Below, in pieces: positions 25,781 to 37,215 of a stretch of DNA of 64,000 bases. The notes under the pieces are model-generated. The model was not told the DNA's origin, made no database searches, and saw nothing but the letters and a program-made list of their open reading frames with translations. The translations under genes were made by a program, and so were the position numbers. This DNA comes from Vicugna vicugna (lineage: Eukaryota): NCBI GenBank assembly GCA_013265495.1, contig MU058337.1, positions 1,356,777-1,420,776 on the forward strand, written 5' to 3'. The first letter of the stretch is position 1. Every line of letters begins with the position of its first letter.

Positions 25781-27879
25781 GCCCTGGAGATGCGTGGGAG
25801 CACGGGTTCCAAGGCTGGCCATTCCATCCGAGGTTCACTTAGGCATTATTAAAACAAATTTCCAATTCAATAAAGCCTCTCCCTCTTGTAAACGTAAATT
25901 ATATTTAATAAGCCTGGGAACATGTGAGGTTGCCAGATCTGAAGCAAGACAGCCTTGATGACTTCAGTCCCTTCTCAGCCCTTGATTACAATTTGATTTC
26001 CTTTGGCATCAAAAGACGAACTATTTTAGTGCACAATGTTCTTCCTTTAGCAAGAGTGAGATCTAGTTACTTGGCAAAGGACCTGTTCAGTTGCCAGACA
26101 ACATGTCCAACCTCTTAGCAAGAGCTGAAACACTGACTCTGATTTAAAAGCCTCATGAAGCAAAGAGCATAACAGAAAGTCTTCCGCTCCCTGAAGCTGT
26201 GCTGGAGCGCTGGCTGGTCCAGGGTCCTGTCCATTGCCTTCTCGGGTGCATCCTGCCTAGGAAGCCGCTTGGCCATACATTTAAGTTAGTATGTTTCAAA
26301 ATACTGTATCCACCCTCAAAAGGCTCTGTCTTTCCCCAGTGCTGCCTCTGAATCACTTGAAGTTGAAAGCAACTGTGTGGCTTCTGTCTCCCTTAGAACC
26401 ACCAGCCTCCTACCCCGCCTCACACTCTGGTAAGCGGCTCTCACGAGGACTTTCGATTCTCCCAACCACATGACATCTTCCTCGGGAGTTCATCTGAGGC
26501 TCCAGTCTGTTCATGCCATCCTACTTGGTTCCCTGGGGAACACTGTTAATACCACTGCTAGATTCATATTAGCATGTTGGCTTACCTCCCATTCTATTGG
26601 AAGGATTTCACGTGTGTGCACGCACAGTCAGGGGCATTTCTGCTCTCTTCCTGGGCACAGAGAGAAGCACTGGGACTCTGAGACTCTGGGAACTGCCGTT
26701 AACACGGCATTCTTCATGCATGATGAGAACACTGACCGCATACTCTTGTCTCTGAGACCTTCCACTGTGGACCAGTGTTATTCCAAAGGAGAGAGGGTCT
26801 GTGGTCACAGGGAGTTGATCTATTAACAAGATACATGAACCCATCTAAATGCCTATGTGCAAACCATGATGCCTCTCACCCAGAAAACTATCTGCAGGTT
26901 CTGGAGCCTAATCCTTTTGAAATCTCTAACAAACCAGAGTGTTGGGCTAAGCCCTGGCTCGTAGAGTTCTCTTCCCAGCCTGTACTCCAGACTCTCCCTA
27001 CGCCCTGGGTCCCTTCAATACTATCAGAGTAACATGGCTGTTCTCTGTCCTGTTCTTGCAGAAAGCTGCCCTTTGCTGGTTGATGGACTGGTGCAATGTT
27101 CATGTCAGGTCTAAGGTGTTAGGAGATTCTCACATGTTAATAGTTCTCCTCATCTGTACCATATTTCCATTTTAACAGAAGCATCCTACAGACCATGAGT
27201 TTAGTGCCACAAATGTCGGCTTAATTTGGTAGGAATGTCAGGCATCAAGAAGGAAACTCAGGGGGTAAAAACATATTTTGAGGTAAATGGGATATTTGAC
27301 AATTAATTAATTATATCATAGAGGCATATATTAAAGTGGTTGAATTATTTGTTAACTACTAATTCTAATATTCATTCTAATATAACTAATATTCTAATAA
27401 TTCTCTAAAATTCTCTGAGTCAAGATCATGAAACACCAGAATTGTCCACATTTGGGCATCCTGATGGCAATATCAGGCCATCACTTTTTTTCATATTTAA
27501 AAGTTCTGTCACATCAATTTCACCACTTAACAATCCACTAAAAGCTTGGCCTAAGTGGATTTATAATCCTTTTTTCTTTAATGTAACAGTGGAAGATCCA
27601 TTTAAGGAGATACTGTAAATTTGATGGGGACAATAAAAAGCTCTTTATTAATACTTGAATATTTTTGTCCTCATTCTGACATAGTTGAGTAGGTCACCCA
27701 GCAACATTTTTGCTCATCTCTTAGATGGGTCAATTCAACAATGACAGAAGATTTCATTCCCAACTTCCAAATTGTTTTTAATCTAGCAAAGGAATGAAGA
27801 ATGCATACAAAAAACAATCTCTGTCACAAAAAAAAAATATGTTCTGATGAATAAAGTAGATGTAACTTCTGAGAAATAT

Positions 27880-28260
27880 AGGAATTATTTAATCGTTTGG
27901 GAAATTTAAAAAGATCTCTTTAAAATTATATTCTTTTCCAACAACTCTGCATGTTTGTCATTATAAAATTTGGAAAATACTGAGTAGTTGATGGAATATG
28001 TGAAACAGTCAAAATCCCACCCTCTAGTGATGTGATTAATTCATTCCATTCAAATAGCAAATTTACTGAGTACTTACATATGTGTGTGAGAGAGCCTTAA
28101 ATTTTACAGAATTGGGATGATATTATAGAGGGGTGCTAGCATGCTGTTTTCACGTATTATTATGTTATGAACTTCCCCTCATACCATATAACTTTTCACA
28201 AATATATGTCTCATGTTTTTGTCTAAACTGTCTGTTAGCATTATCTAAGCAGATAATGGG
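27880..28260 (-). mobile_element. Old L1ME-like fragment
   Basis: 'ttataaaatttggaaaatactgagtag...aaaatcccacc...gggatgatattatag...ttccc'; highly degenerate. Confidence 0.45.
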
Positions 28261-29074
28261 AGAAACCAAGTGTACATACATAATCACATATAATGTTGGA
28301 AAACAGCCGGTTTAGTTAAGGCCATCCTTATTTTAAAAAGAAATACACTCAAACACACACATAAGTATTAAAATAGGAAGGGAAGGAGGTGAACTCTCAT
28401 GGAATCTATAAAAAAAAAAATTCCCAGGCAGACAGCACATTGGAACGTCATCTAAGCACTCAGAAGAAAGCAGTATCTCTGAACACTATTAACTAGAACC
28501 CATAAGAAATGCTTTCAAGTTTTTGAAATTCTTTATAACAATAATATTGTTTACAGCTGTCCCTTCTGAACTTCTTCTGCACAAGAGTCTTATTTTTCAC
28601 ATGCGGGACCCTGACACAGAAAGTGCGGTAAAGGGCAGGCTCGGAGCTGGGCAACCACGGGTGGCCCAGAAAGAGCTTGGCTGTGGTTTCACATCAGCGG
28701 CTGCAGAGGGACACAGGTCTGGCACTGCCGTCATCCAGGAGATTCGAAATCACCAACCACCCCACCCCTTCCCACATGGAGCTATGGGCCCTCAGTGCGG
28801 TGCCCTCAGCTCTTACACAGGCAGCATGTGCTTCTGAGAATTTCAGCCATCACATTTGGAAATGTCCTTCCAAGATTCCCTCTCAACTGTGAAAAACCAC
28901 AACTAAAAGCAGGAGGGTCGGGGAGTAGAAGTCTCTCTGCTGACAAAGCACAAGCAGACCGGGGTTTACTGCGGGGCCCACCCCCCCGACGTCTCTGGAC
29001 AGGGCAGGGTGTGAAGAATTAATATAAGCCAAGGCTGCATTATGTCCTGACTTTACTTGTAATCCAGACGACCA

Positions 29075-29230
29075 ATTCAGTATTAACTCCGCTCCCTCCA
29101 TGACAGGAAAACTGAGGCTTGGCGAGGTTGAGTGCTGAAAATCCTGAGGATCGCTCAGCTGGACAGCGCTGGAGGGCCACTCCATCCCAGGTGGTCTCAC
29201 GCCCACTTCACGGAACGTTGACTCCATGCG
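29075..29230 (-). mobile_element. MIR SINE
   Basis: 'acaggaaaactgaggcttggcgaggttgagtg' MIR core. Confidence 0.6.
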
Positions 29231-29877
29231 TGGGTCTTTTCAAAGTCATCTTAGGGTAGTTGGCTGAGATTTCCCCATTTCATTTTTTATTACTTTGGCA
29301 GATTAAAAAAAAGTCACAGTATAAAAGTTAGATTTCAAAACAAATACAAAAATTGTGTGCGGGAAAAATCCCTCAGAGAAATATGACACATGAACTTAGT
29401 CTGATGGCCTGTGGATGGTGGGACAAGAGAGGCTGAGTGGTTTCTTTGTAATTCTTGTGTGTGTGTGTACTTACAAAATAGCTACTAACTGATTAATAAT
29501 GAGGAAAAAAAACACACTGAGTTTGTTGAAAAATACAGGTGAGTTAAATTCATTTCTGTCTATCTACACATACACACATATACAGAAAGAAATATGCATA
29601 AGTGTTGAAGACTTACAATTCATTTTTTCTCTATATTTTAAAATAATTTTCAGATTTTCTATAGTGAAAAAAATGTACTAATATAATTGAGGGAATATGA
29701 TAAATGTATTTTTAAATGAAAAAAATAACTTTCCACTGTTTCCTCCCCTTTCTTACTTGGGTTAAACCAGAATTGAGCACAGTTGAACCAGAATATATTT
29801 CCAGCCAGGATTTACAGGATTTCTTTAACCCAGAAGTAGGATTACAGTGCATTAAACAGTAATGAAGGGCACCAGTC

Positions 29878-30102
29878 TTAAGCACTCCCTGTGGGCCAGG
29901 AACCATTGCTGGGCTTCAGGCATATGATGGCTTTAATCACCCAGCAGTCCAAGGAGCGGGAAAGAACTATGTGTTCACATTTCACAGATGAGGAAACTGA
30001 GGTCTAGGCCTTCCATGTCCTTACCAACAGACCAGAAGTAGCAGAGGGCGGAGGCTGGATCTGAACCCAGGCAGGCTGCCCACAGACCCTGCTCTAACCA
30101 TA
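29878..30102 (-). mobile_element. MIR SINE
   Basis: 'catttcacagatgaggaaactgaggtc...ggatctgaacccaggcaggctg...ctctaacca'. Confidence 0.8.
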
Positions 30103-30670
30103 AAGCCTCCCTTCCTTAAAGCGAGAGTAGGGGTAGACAGAGACGGCCAGTGCTTCCAGGAGACACACAGTAGACTTGTTCGCCAGCCAGCACGCACCCC
30201 TGCCCAGCAACAGCACATTTCAAGATTGTAACACGTGTGCTCTGGGACCCACACCAGTGATGAGGCTGTTTGCAAAACCTTTGCATAGTCCTCCTTACTA
30301 GAAGGAGGCTCTCAGAGCAAGTAAACACTGAGAGGTCCAGCATGTTTGAACCAGCTTGCTTCCAAAGTTCATTTCCCCACAGGGCAGGAAAAAAAGTAAA
30401 AATTTATATACATATAATGTATATTTTTTTCTTTTAATTAAAGAATCAAAATTTGACCTCGGGAGGGAATCGTGGATTGAATCATTAAGTATCATTTCCT
30501 TCAGCATCTTGATAATGATTTAGAAAAGGAAAAGGGAACAATAGTCTCATAATGTTCTTTTGCCTGGGAAAGAAAGACTAAATACCAAAGACCTACTGGA
30601 CTTGATGTGAGAATCTATTATCTTCTGATGAGTCTTCTATGGTGGGAAGAATTCAGCATCTTAACCAATT

Positions 30671-30814
30671 TTTTCATATTTTTAATTAATTTTTAAGGGG
30701 GGAGGTAATTAGGTTTATTTATTTATTATTTATTTATTAATGGAGGTACTGGGGATTGAACACAGGACCTAGTGCATGCTAAGCACGCACTCTACCACTG
30801 AGCTATACTCCCCC
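30671..30814 (-). mobile_element. tRNA-Ala-derived SINE (camelid Vic-1-like) with 11-bp TSD
   Basis: Minus strand ggggagtaTAGCTCAGTGGtagagtgcgtgcttagcatgcactaggtcctgtGTTCAATCCccagtacctcca, then taaacctaattacctcccc and an A-rich tail; TSD CTTAACCAATT at 30660-30670 and 30815-30825. Confidence 0.9.
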
Positions 30815-30964
30815 CTTAACCAATTATTAATGAATAGAAACTGAAAGATTTGTGATGACTCCATCCTGAGACACGAGCAAACAAACAAATTCCCCCATGT
30901 GCTTCTTTCTTACACACACTTGCCAATTCTGGACTCGCCTACAGCAGGGATAGTGGCTCAGCCA

Positions 30965-31405
30965 CTCAGCTACTCATCCGTCCATTCATTCATTCAATAA
31001 ATCTATATACACCACATTCTGGATAGATGTCAAATATTAGATAGAACACATTTTTGAACAAGTTAAAATTTTAGCCTTTAAGGAGTTTACGTTCCACTGG
31101 GTGAGGCTAACAATATGCAAAAAATAATAATAAGATAAATTCAGGCAGAGATCAATGCAGTGAAATACCATGAAGGAGGCTGGGAGGAGAGAGAGCAAAT
31201 GTGGGTGGGCGGGAGCATTACTTAGAAGAGATGTCATGAGAGATCTCTCCGCAGAGGCGCCTGTGAGTAGAAGGATTTGAAGACATGAGGCACGTCAAAT
31301 TCTTGGGAGGAGAGAGGAGTCCAGGATAAGGAGCTAACAGTTCAGATGCTCTGAGGCAGAGCACATTTACGTGGTCACCAGCAGCAAGAAGGCAATTACT
31401 GCTCC
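30965..31405 (-). mobile_element. L2 fragment
   Basis: 'tcattcattcaataaat...aaggagtttacgttccactggg...' is the antisense L2 3' end. Confidence 0.6.
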
Positions 31406-31417
31406 AAGATCCTAAGG

Positions 31418-31634
31418 CAGTGGCTGGGTCTCAAAGAGGCTGACAGTGCCACCCAGGGTAGGCTGGGCAATGACCAGAGACACTTTTGATGATCACATCC
31501 AGTTGAGGGCAGGGAAGGGGCGAGCTTTACTGGCATCTAGTGGGTAGAGGCCAGGATGATCCTACAAGGTGCAGGACACCCCCCACCAAGAACTATCCAG
31601 CCCAGAATATCAGTACTGCCCATGAGAAACCCTG
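31418..31634 (+). mobile_element. MER20 hAT DNA transposon
   Basis: 'cagtgg...ggcaatgaccagagacactttt...tactggcatctagtgggtagaggccagga...aagaactatccagcccag...gagaaaccctg'. Confidence 0.85.
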
Positions 31635-32065
31635 TTCTAAACGCTCTCCTCCAGCCCTTCATGGACTGCTCTGTCTTTTCCTGTGACTACAGAGTCCTGT
31701 GATTAAGGAGAGAAGTCAGAAAGAAGACTGAAACAAGCTTTTGTCCCAGATTGCATACACCCTCTTATGAGGAAGCAGCATCACTGAACTGACCACATGT
31801 TCACTGTACTAAACGAACAGGAAGGTGCAGTATATCAAAGGAGCATAAGATAAAAGTTTAGTATAGAATGGTTATTACCATTATAAAATTTTTAGCTGCT
31901 GTATTTACAAACCAAATGGAGTATAAATTCTTTACCCATTTTGAGCCCTCTCTACATTGCCTCTGATACTTTAGCTCCATGGCCTAACTTTGTTTCAGAC
32001 GATGTAACATAACCCTTCCTTTCCAACTGGTATCCTAAAAAATTCGCAGAAAATAGTGCAGTTAC

Positions 32066-32250
32066 CAGAAAAGGATTGATAACAATCCAGGCAAAGAAAA
32101 ATAACAAGGTGAAGGAGAGAGAGAGAAGCAGCAGCCCACAGAAAGAGGGAGTCGGCGGGTGAAGAGATACAGGATGCTGGGCTGTGGTAGATGACAGGCA
32201 TCGCCAAGCCAGGAGAGCTCTGCACTGTGCTGGCAAGACTGTGCTGGATG
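32066..32250 (-). other. Candidate alternative first exon (probably 5'UTR) downstream of a CCAAT box
   Basis: Donor ttctg|gtaact (exon end 32066); pyrimidine-rich UTR-like body with retained CpGs; CCAAT at 32255-32259. Confidence 0.35.
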
Positions 32251-33617
32251 AGAACCAATAAACGCTGCACAGAGAGTGGTAGGAGAGAGAAGCAAGAGAT
32301 TCAAAGGCTAAACCTCTTGTTTCCATTATACAGTGTTTCAAATACTTTCCAAGTGAAATGTGCTTATTTCTGCCACTGGTGATGTCTAGGATTTTGGTGG
32401 GACAATGTTGGGTGGGGTTGGACTAGAACGTTGTTTGCATTTTAGGAAACATTATAAAAGATTCATACAGAAGAGTGTGCATTTGCACCTTCCTGTGCCT
32501 CCCTTCATTTTCTCCACATCAAACCATTTTAGTCCTCGTTACTGCACTTCATTTACAATTGGCCAGTTGTAGGCTTCTTCAGGGTTGAAAGAGAAGTAGG
32601 AAAACATTGGATTTCTTTTTCTCAGCCCTGGTCTTGCAATTTCTGCATTTGATCACAGGTTACTGGTGCTGTTACTTTTCCTCTCTCTGCCTCCCACCCC
32701 ATCCTCTTCTTTCTTTGTGTAAGAAGTGGAGACCTAAGGAGAGAAATAATGGAAGGGAAATGACTCCACCAGGAACTAAAATGAGGGGAAAAGCTTGCAG
32801 ACATAGAAAGTTGTGCTTAATAAATTGCATCTACATAAATTAAGTAAAATATGGTTTATTTGGTACATAGGCTGCCCATAGAACTATGTTTAGTGTAAGT
32901 ATAGAAGCTGCTGTATGAGATTTTAAACCTGTCTGAAAAATTGGATATTTATGGTAATTATGTTTATGCTGATGATATTCACTACAAGTTGTATTTCCCA
33001 CTAAAATATGTATATAATTATTAAAGACATTAAAAAACAGAAGACACTCAGTGCCCAACCAAAATGAGACTCCCAGTAATGTGGTATATGATTTCAAACC
33101 AGACGTTATTCCCGTGTGAAATGGTGTTATGTATTTATGACTGCATCTGTCTAGTTTCACAGTTCATTAGCAAGACCGTCCACAAGGAGATTGCACTGTT
33201 ATTGCTTATTGCACTTATTATCCAGGCCACTGCAGTAGACACATATATCCCAGCATAAATAGCATACAGTTTGGGTACCTTTGAAACCAGTCATCCATCT
33301 TACATGCTGATAAATGTCGCTTCACATCACTGGGTAAATTTACATTGTCTAGAGTTAGGGGGAGCACAGAGCACACAAATATAAGAGATAAAGCTGCTTG
33401 TTCAGATTGCGAAAAAGGAGTCAAGGGTGGGCCTAGAGAGTACCCCCTTTACCCACTATCAGAGGATACAGGCTGCTGAACAGGCAAAGGCCTAAGACGC
33501 ATCTGGTACAAGATTTAATGCTAGCCCCGAATGGCTGGGAAAATAAAAGTTGATAACAATCAAGTCTAGATCTTAAAGGAGAGATTATCTTGCTTCTGCT
33601 TCTGTTTGGAATATAGG

Positions 33618-33618
<1 letters not shown>

Positions 33619-33653
<35 letters not shown>

Positions 33654-33695
33654 TTAGTTGAGGTGTTTTTTTTTTTTTTTTTTATTTTTTTTTTT
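33619..33695. repeat. (TG)n microsatellite followed by poly(T)
   Basis: Direct reading. Confidence 0.95.
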
Positions 33696-34602
33696 AGAGC
33701 TGGGATGCCTGGGAAGTGAACTTACAGGGACAGGGTGAGCCACAAGTTAATCGTCTGTCGTCTGCCTTGGGTTTCAGGAGCTCTTCTGCGTGGCTGGGAA
33801 TCCCTGAGAAGGTCACAGGAAATGGCCTGGTGGGCGTAACTTCAGAGAGCTGGTGGACAGTGAGCCGCATTTCTTTTCCCATCAGTGTCTAAATTTGTCT
33901 CCATTGTTTCTTTTTTGCTCTCTCATACTAAAATGGGACTTGGGCCCAGTGAGGGACAACAATATCTTGACAGAGAACTCTGAGCATGGAAGACAGGGTC
34001 ATCTGCATTGTCTGAACTCCATGTGCAACAGAGATTACACCCAGAGAAAACAAAAGAACTACGCAACAGAAATGGCCATGGCCGGTAAACAAGAGAAACG
34101 TGACCCGCTGGAGCAGGCGTCTTCCTGCAGCAGTTGGAGTCGGTGAAAAAGAATTGTTCCTCTCCCACCCCACCCCCATCACTAGGATCCAGAGAGTCAG
34201 CTTTCCCTAAAGCTCAGGCTCTTTCTTAGGAATGGGTTAAAGACTTTTCAGAATCTGCATGAGCGGAAATTTAACCAACACGGTCTCCTTGCACTAAATG
34301 GTACCCCGGTGGCCTCCAAGTATTAATGCAACTTACAGTAGTTCTGTTATGACTGGGAGATATGTGACTCAACAGCTAACAGAGGACAGTGTAGTCCAAT
34401 AGTTTTCATTTATATGGGATATTAGACTTACTAATCAATGGCCCAGATGATACATTTATTGTTGTTCAATATAGCAGATAACTTTTCATGTGTTCAACAA
34501 GCATCTCTCTATGCCAGGCTCTTAACACAGCAGGGGGCTTAAATTCTAGGGCTAGATCTCCCAGCGCCCTGGCAAATCTGATTTTAAAAAACCCGTATCT
34601 AA

Positions 34603-34714
34603 AAATGTGACAATGAATATATGTATGTTCATGTATAACTGAAAAATTGTGCTCTACACTGGAATTTGACACAACATGGTAAAATGATTATAACTCAGTA
34701 AAAAAAGTTTAAAA
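34603..34714 (+). mobile_element. Very short young L1 3' tail with 17-bp TSD
   Basis: TSD AAAAAACCCGTATCTAA (34586-34602) vs AAAAAACCTGTATCTAA (34715-34731); TTTT/AAAA endonuclease site. Confidence 0.85.
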
Positions 34715-34974
34715 AAAAAACCTGTATCTAAGAACATGATAGTCAAAAATGTCAAAAAATGTACACTATTTTCTTTATTTAAGAGATTCATAGCAAATGT
34801 GTGCTATTGTAGAAGACTTTTCCCCCATTGTAGAAGACTTTGGTGATTTTATTTTCCAAGATATCCACAGACTTGCTAAACTGGATCAAGTCTCTTGGTA
34901 CTTCTAAGATAGCCATACATTCAACAGCCTCTATCACTAGTGTAGCATCTTGGGAAATAAAAACAGGGACAGCA

Positions 34975-35700
34975 GAACGGAGGTTGACTCAGACACACCA
35001 AGCGAAACTCCCAATATCCTGGCGTGGTTACAGCTGAGCACACACCCGCCTCCTCCTCCCGTGTTTGCTGATGATATCGCTCCTGAAAGCAAGCTACGCA
35101 GGATCCGCTGCTGCTAAAGAGCTGATGGCAAATTGATCAAAGACAAAGAAGATGTTTAGACTTTTCCCCAAAGTGAAATGTGTAAAAATGTTACTGTTGT
35201 TTTTGCGGCTATTCAACTCCTTCCATTTAAGTTACTGTGCAGTGTAATTTATGAACTTGCACAATGAGGTTGACATTCAACGCGAGGGAAAATTGAAGGA
35301 ATGTGTGTGCAGGAGGTGGTGATAAGAGAGAGGACAGAAGCTACCAAGATGTGCTTTTTCATAATGTTATTATGGCCCACTGCAGAATCCCATAATCAAA
35401 TTTCTAATCTCCGTACCATTAATCACCTTTTCCGGATATCACAGAAGTAAAGTACCCCACAGTAATGGCCCTCGGTCATTGTGCATCGTCTCATGTGCCT
35501 GCGATATTAGGATCTCCTTCTGGATTTTGCAGAGGTATGGGGACACTGTCATCATTAGGCATTTGGAAAGCAATCTGCAGCCTCTTGCAGCCAGTCTGTC
35601 TTTGAGATCTAGACAGATGTGCAGACAAACACCGGTCAACGCCGCCCTGGCCAAGCAGAGGATGTGGTTCCAAAACACAGCAAAGTACACATTAAGACTG
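34975..35700. promoter_or_regulatory. Candidate enhancer (AP-1, TCF/SOX, TEAD, GATA motifs; CpG retention)
   Basis: TGACTCA ~34985, GATCAAAG 35135-35142 followed by ACAAAG, GGAATGT 35298-35304, TGATAAG ~35320; repeat-free. Confidence 0.4.
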
Positions 35701-36029
35701 TTTTACATGTGTGTTGGAAGTTGAGATAATATCAGAAAACAAACTTTTCTGGTATTCTAAAATCAGAATTAAGTGGTTTAGATGAAATGCAGATTTGGGG
35801 AAATTGTACATCAGCCCCTTCAGGCTCTGATCAATTTGTTTCTTCCTTCTACATCAACTTCATCCCAAGACTCAGAGAAATATTGACTTAAAAAGCAATA
35901 AGAAATAGAAAAAACAACCCCCCCCCAAAAAAATTTTAGGGCACAATATCCATCAATATCCTCCTGATCCAGGGTAGAAAAAGACTTCATTAGAATAAAA
36001 ACAATGAAAGAAATAATTTTAAACATTGT

Positions 36030-36270
36030 TTATACTTATCTAATGCTTACAGTGTATCAGATGGTGTTGTGTGTGCCTTACAAATACCAACTGATTTGAT
36101 TTTTCTAGTGAAGGTATGAGATCTACTATAAATTAATCCTACTTTACAGCAGAGAAAACTGAGGCAATAATATCATGATTTGCTCAAGATGACATAGTTT
36201 ATAAAGGACAAAGGCAAGATTTTAGCCCAGGTTGTCTTGCTTCTGAGCATGCACCTTAAGCTCTATGGAA
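36030..36270 (-). mobile_element. MIR SINE
   Basis: 'ctactttacagcagagaaaactgaggc...tttgctcaagatgacatag...gattttagcccaggttgtct'. Confidence 0.7.
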
Positions 36271-36376
36271 CTCATGCTTGGACTTAATTTTTCAAAAGTG
36301 CAAATATCTGTAAAAATTTTAAAAATTAAACAGAAAAATATAACAAGAGAGAGGTTAATATCTGGAGGTTCTAGAT

Positions 36377-36550
36377 CAGTGATCTTCAACTCTGACAACT
36401 GAATCACCTGGGGAGCTTAAAAAATGCCTATGCTGGGTGCCCTAACACAGGCCAGTTAAATCAGTGTCACAGGGGAGGAGTCTAGGTATGAGCATATTTA
36501 TTAAAAGCACGTAGATGATTCTAAAGCGCAGCCAAGGTTAAGAACAGCTG
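36377..36550. mobile_element. MER5A-like hAT element with degenerate 8-bp TSD
   Basis: 'cagtgatcttcaac...gaatcacctggggagctt...gatgattctaaagcgcagccaaggttaagaacagctg'; flanks TTCTAGAT / AGCTAGAT. Confidence 0.8.
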
Positions 36551-36619
36551 AGCTAGATCAAGGGAAATATATATCATCATTTTAACTAAAAAAAAGAACA
36601 ACGAGCATCAATAAATGAA

Positions 36620-37215
36620 TCAAATTAAAGTTTCAAATGGATAGTGAAAAATGATGACTCACTTTCAGGCAGAGATACATGGTTTCAAACAATGGGACAT
36701 CATTTAGGTCCCATGAAATTAACAAAAGTTTTTTTCAAAAATTGATGATGGTGATGATGATGATGATGATGATACCTTTTTTTAAGCAAAAGAAGCTTAT
36801 TGGGTGTGTAATTTGGTATATTCTTCCTAGAAGTATCCAATGAATATTCATTAAAACACTAACATTGATTCCATTTTTCAGAATCTATCTTAAGCAAATA
36901 GACATGGGCACATTCTGTCACGATAGCAATATTATATACAGTAGCAAAAGCGGCAACATTGTTCTTGGCAAACATGAGGAGAGTAGTAAATGCATTATTA
37001 GTACGTTCACACACTGGACCACAGCCCGGTGCGGCATCACAAAGTCCTCTTCATGAGGAAGGGACATATTTATGATGTAAAATTACATGAAAAAAAAAAG
37101 AAGATAATGGAAGTGTGCAGTATATATTCGTCTTATTGAATATATGTAATTAAAATACTGGAAAGAAATAAGCAAAACATTAACAATAGTTACCCTATTA
37201 TTATCATCCCTGTAA
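36620..37215 (+). mobile_element. Old L1ME-like 3' fragment with (GAT)n repeat at ~36743-36773
   Basis: 'attccatttttcagaatctatcttaag', 'aaatactggaaagaaataagcaaaacattaacaatagttacc'. Confidence 0.5.

Noticed and set aside
30740..30814. tRNA-Ala gene (also 56952-57028)
   Set aside because: A-rich tail, SINE-specific 3' segment and TSD (first copy) and broken stems identify them as SINEs.
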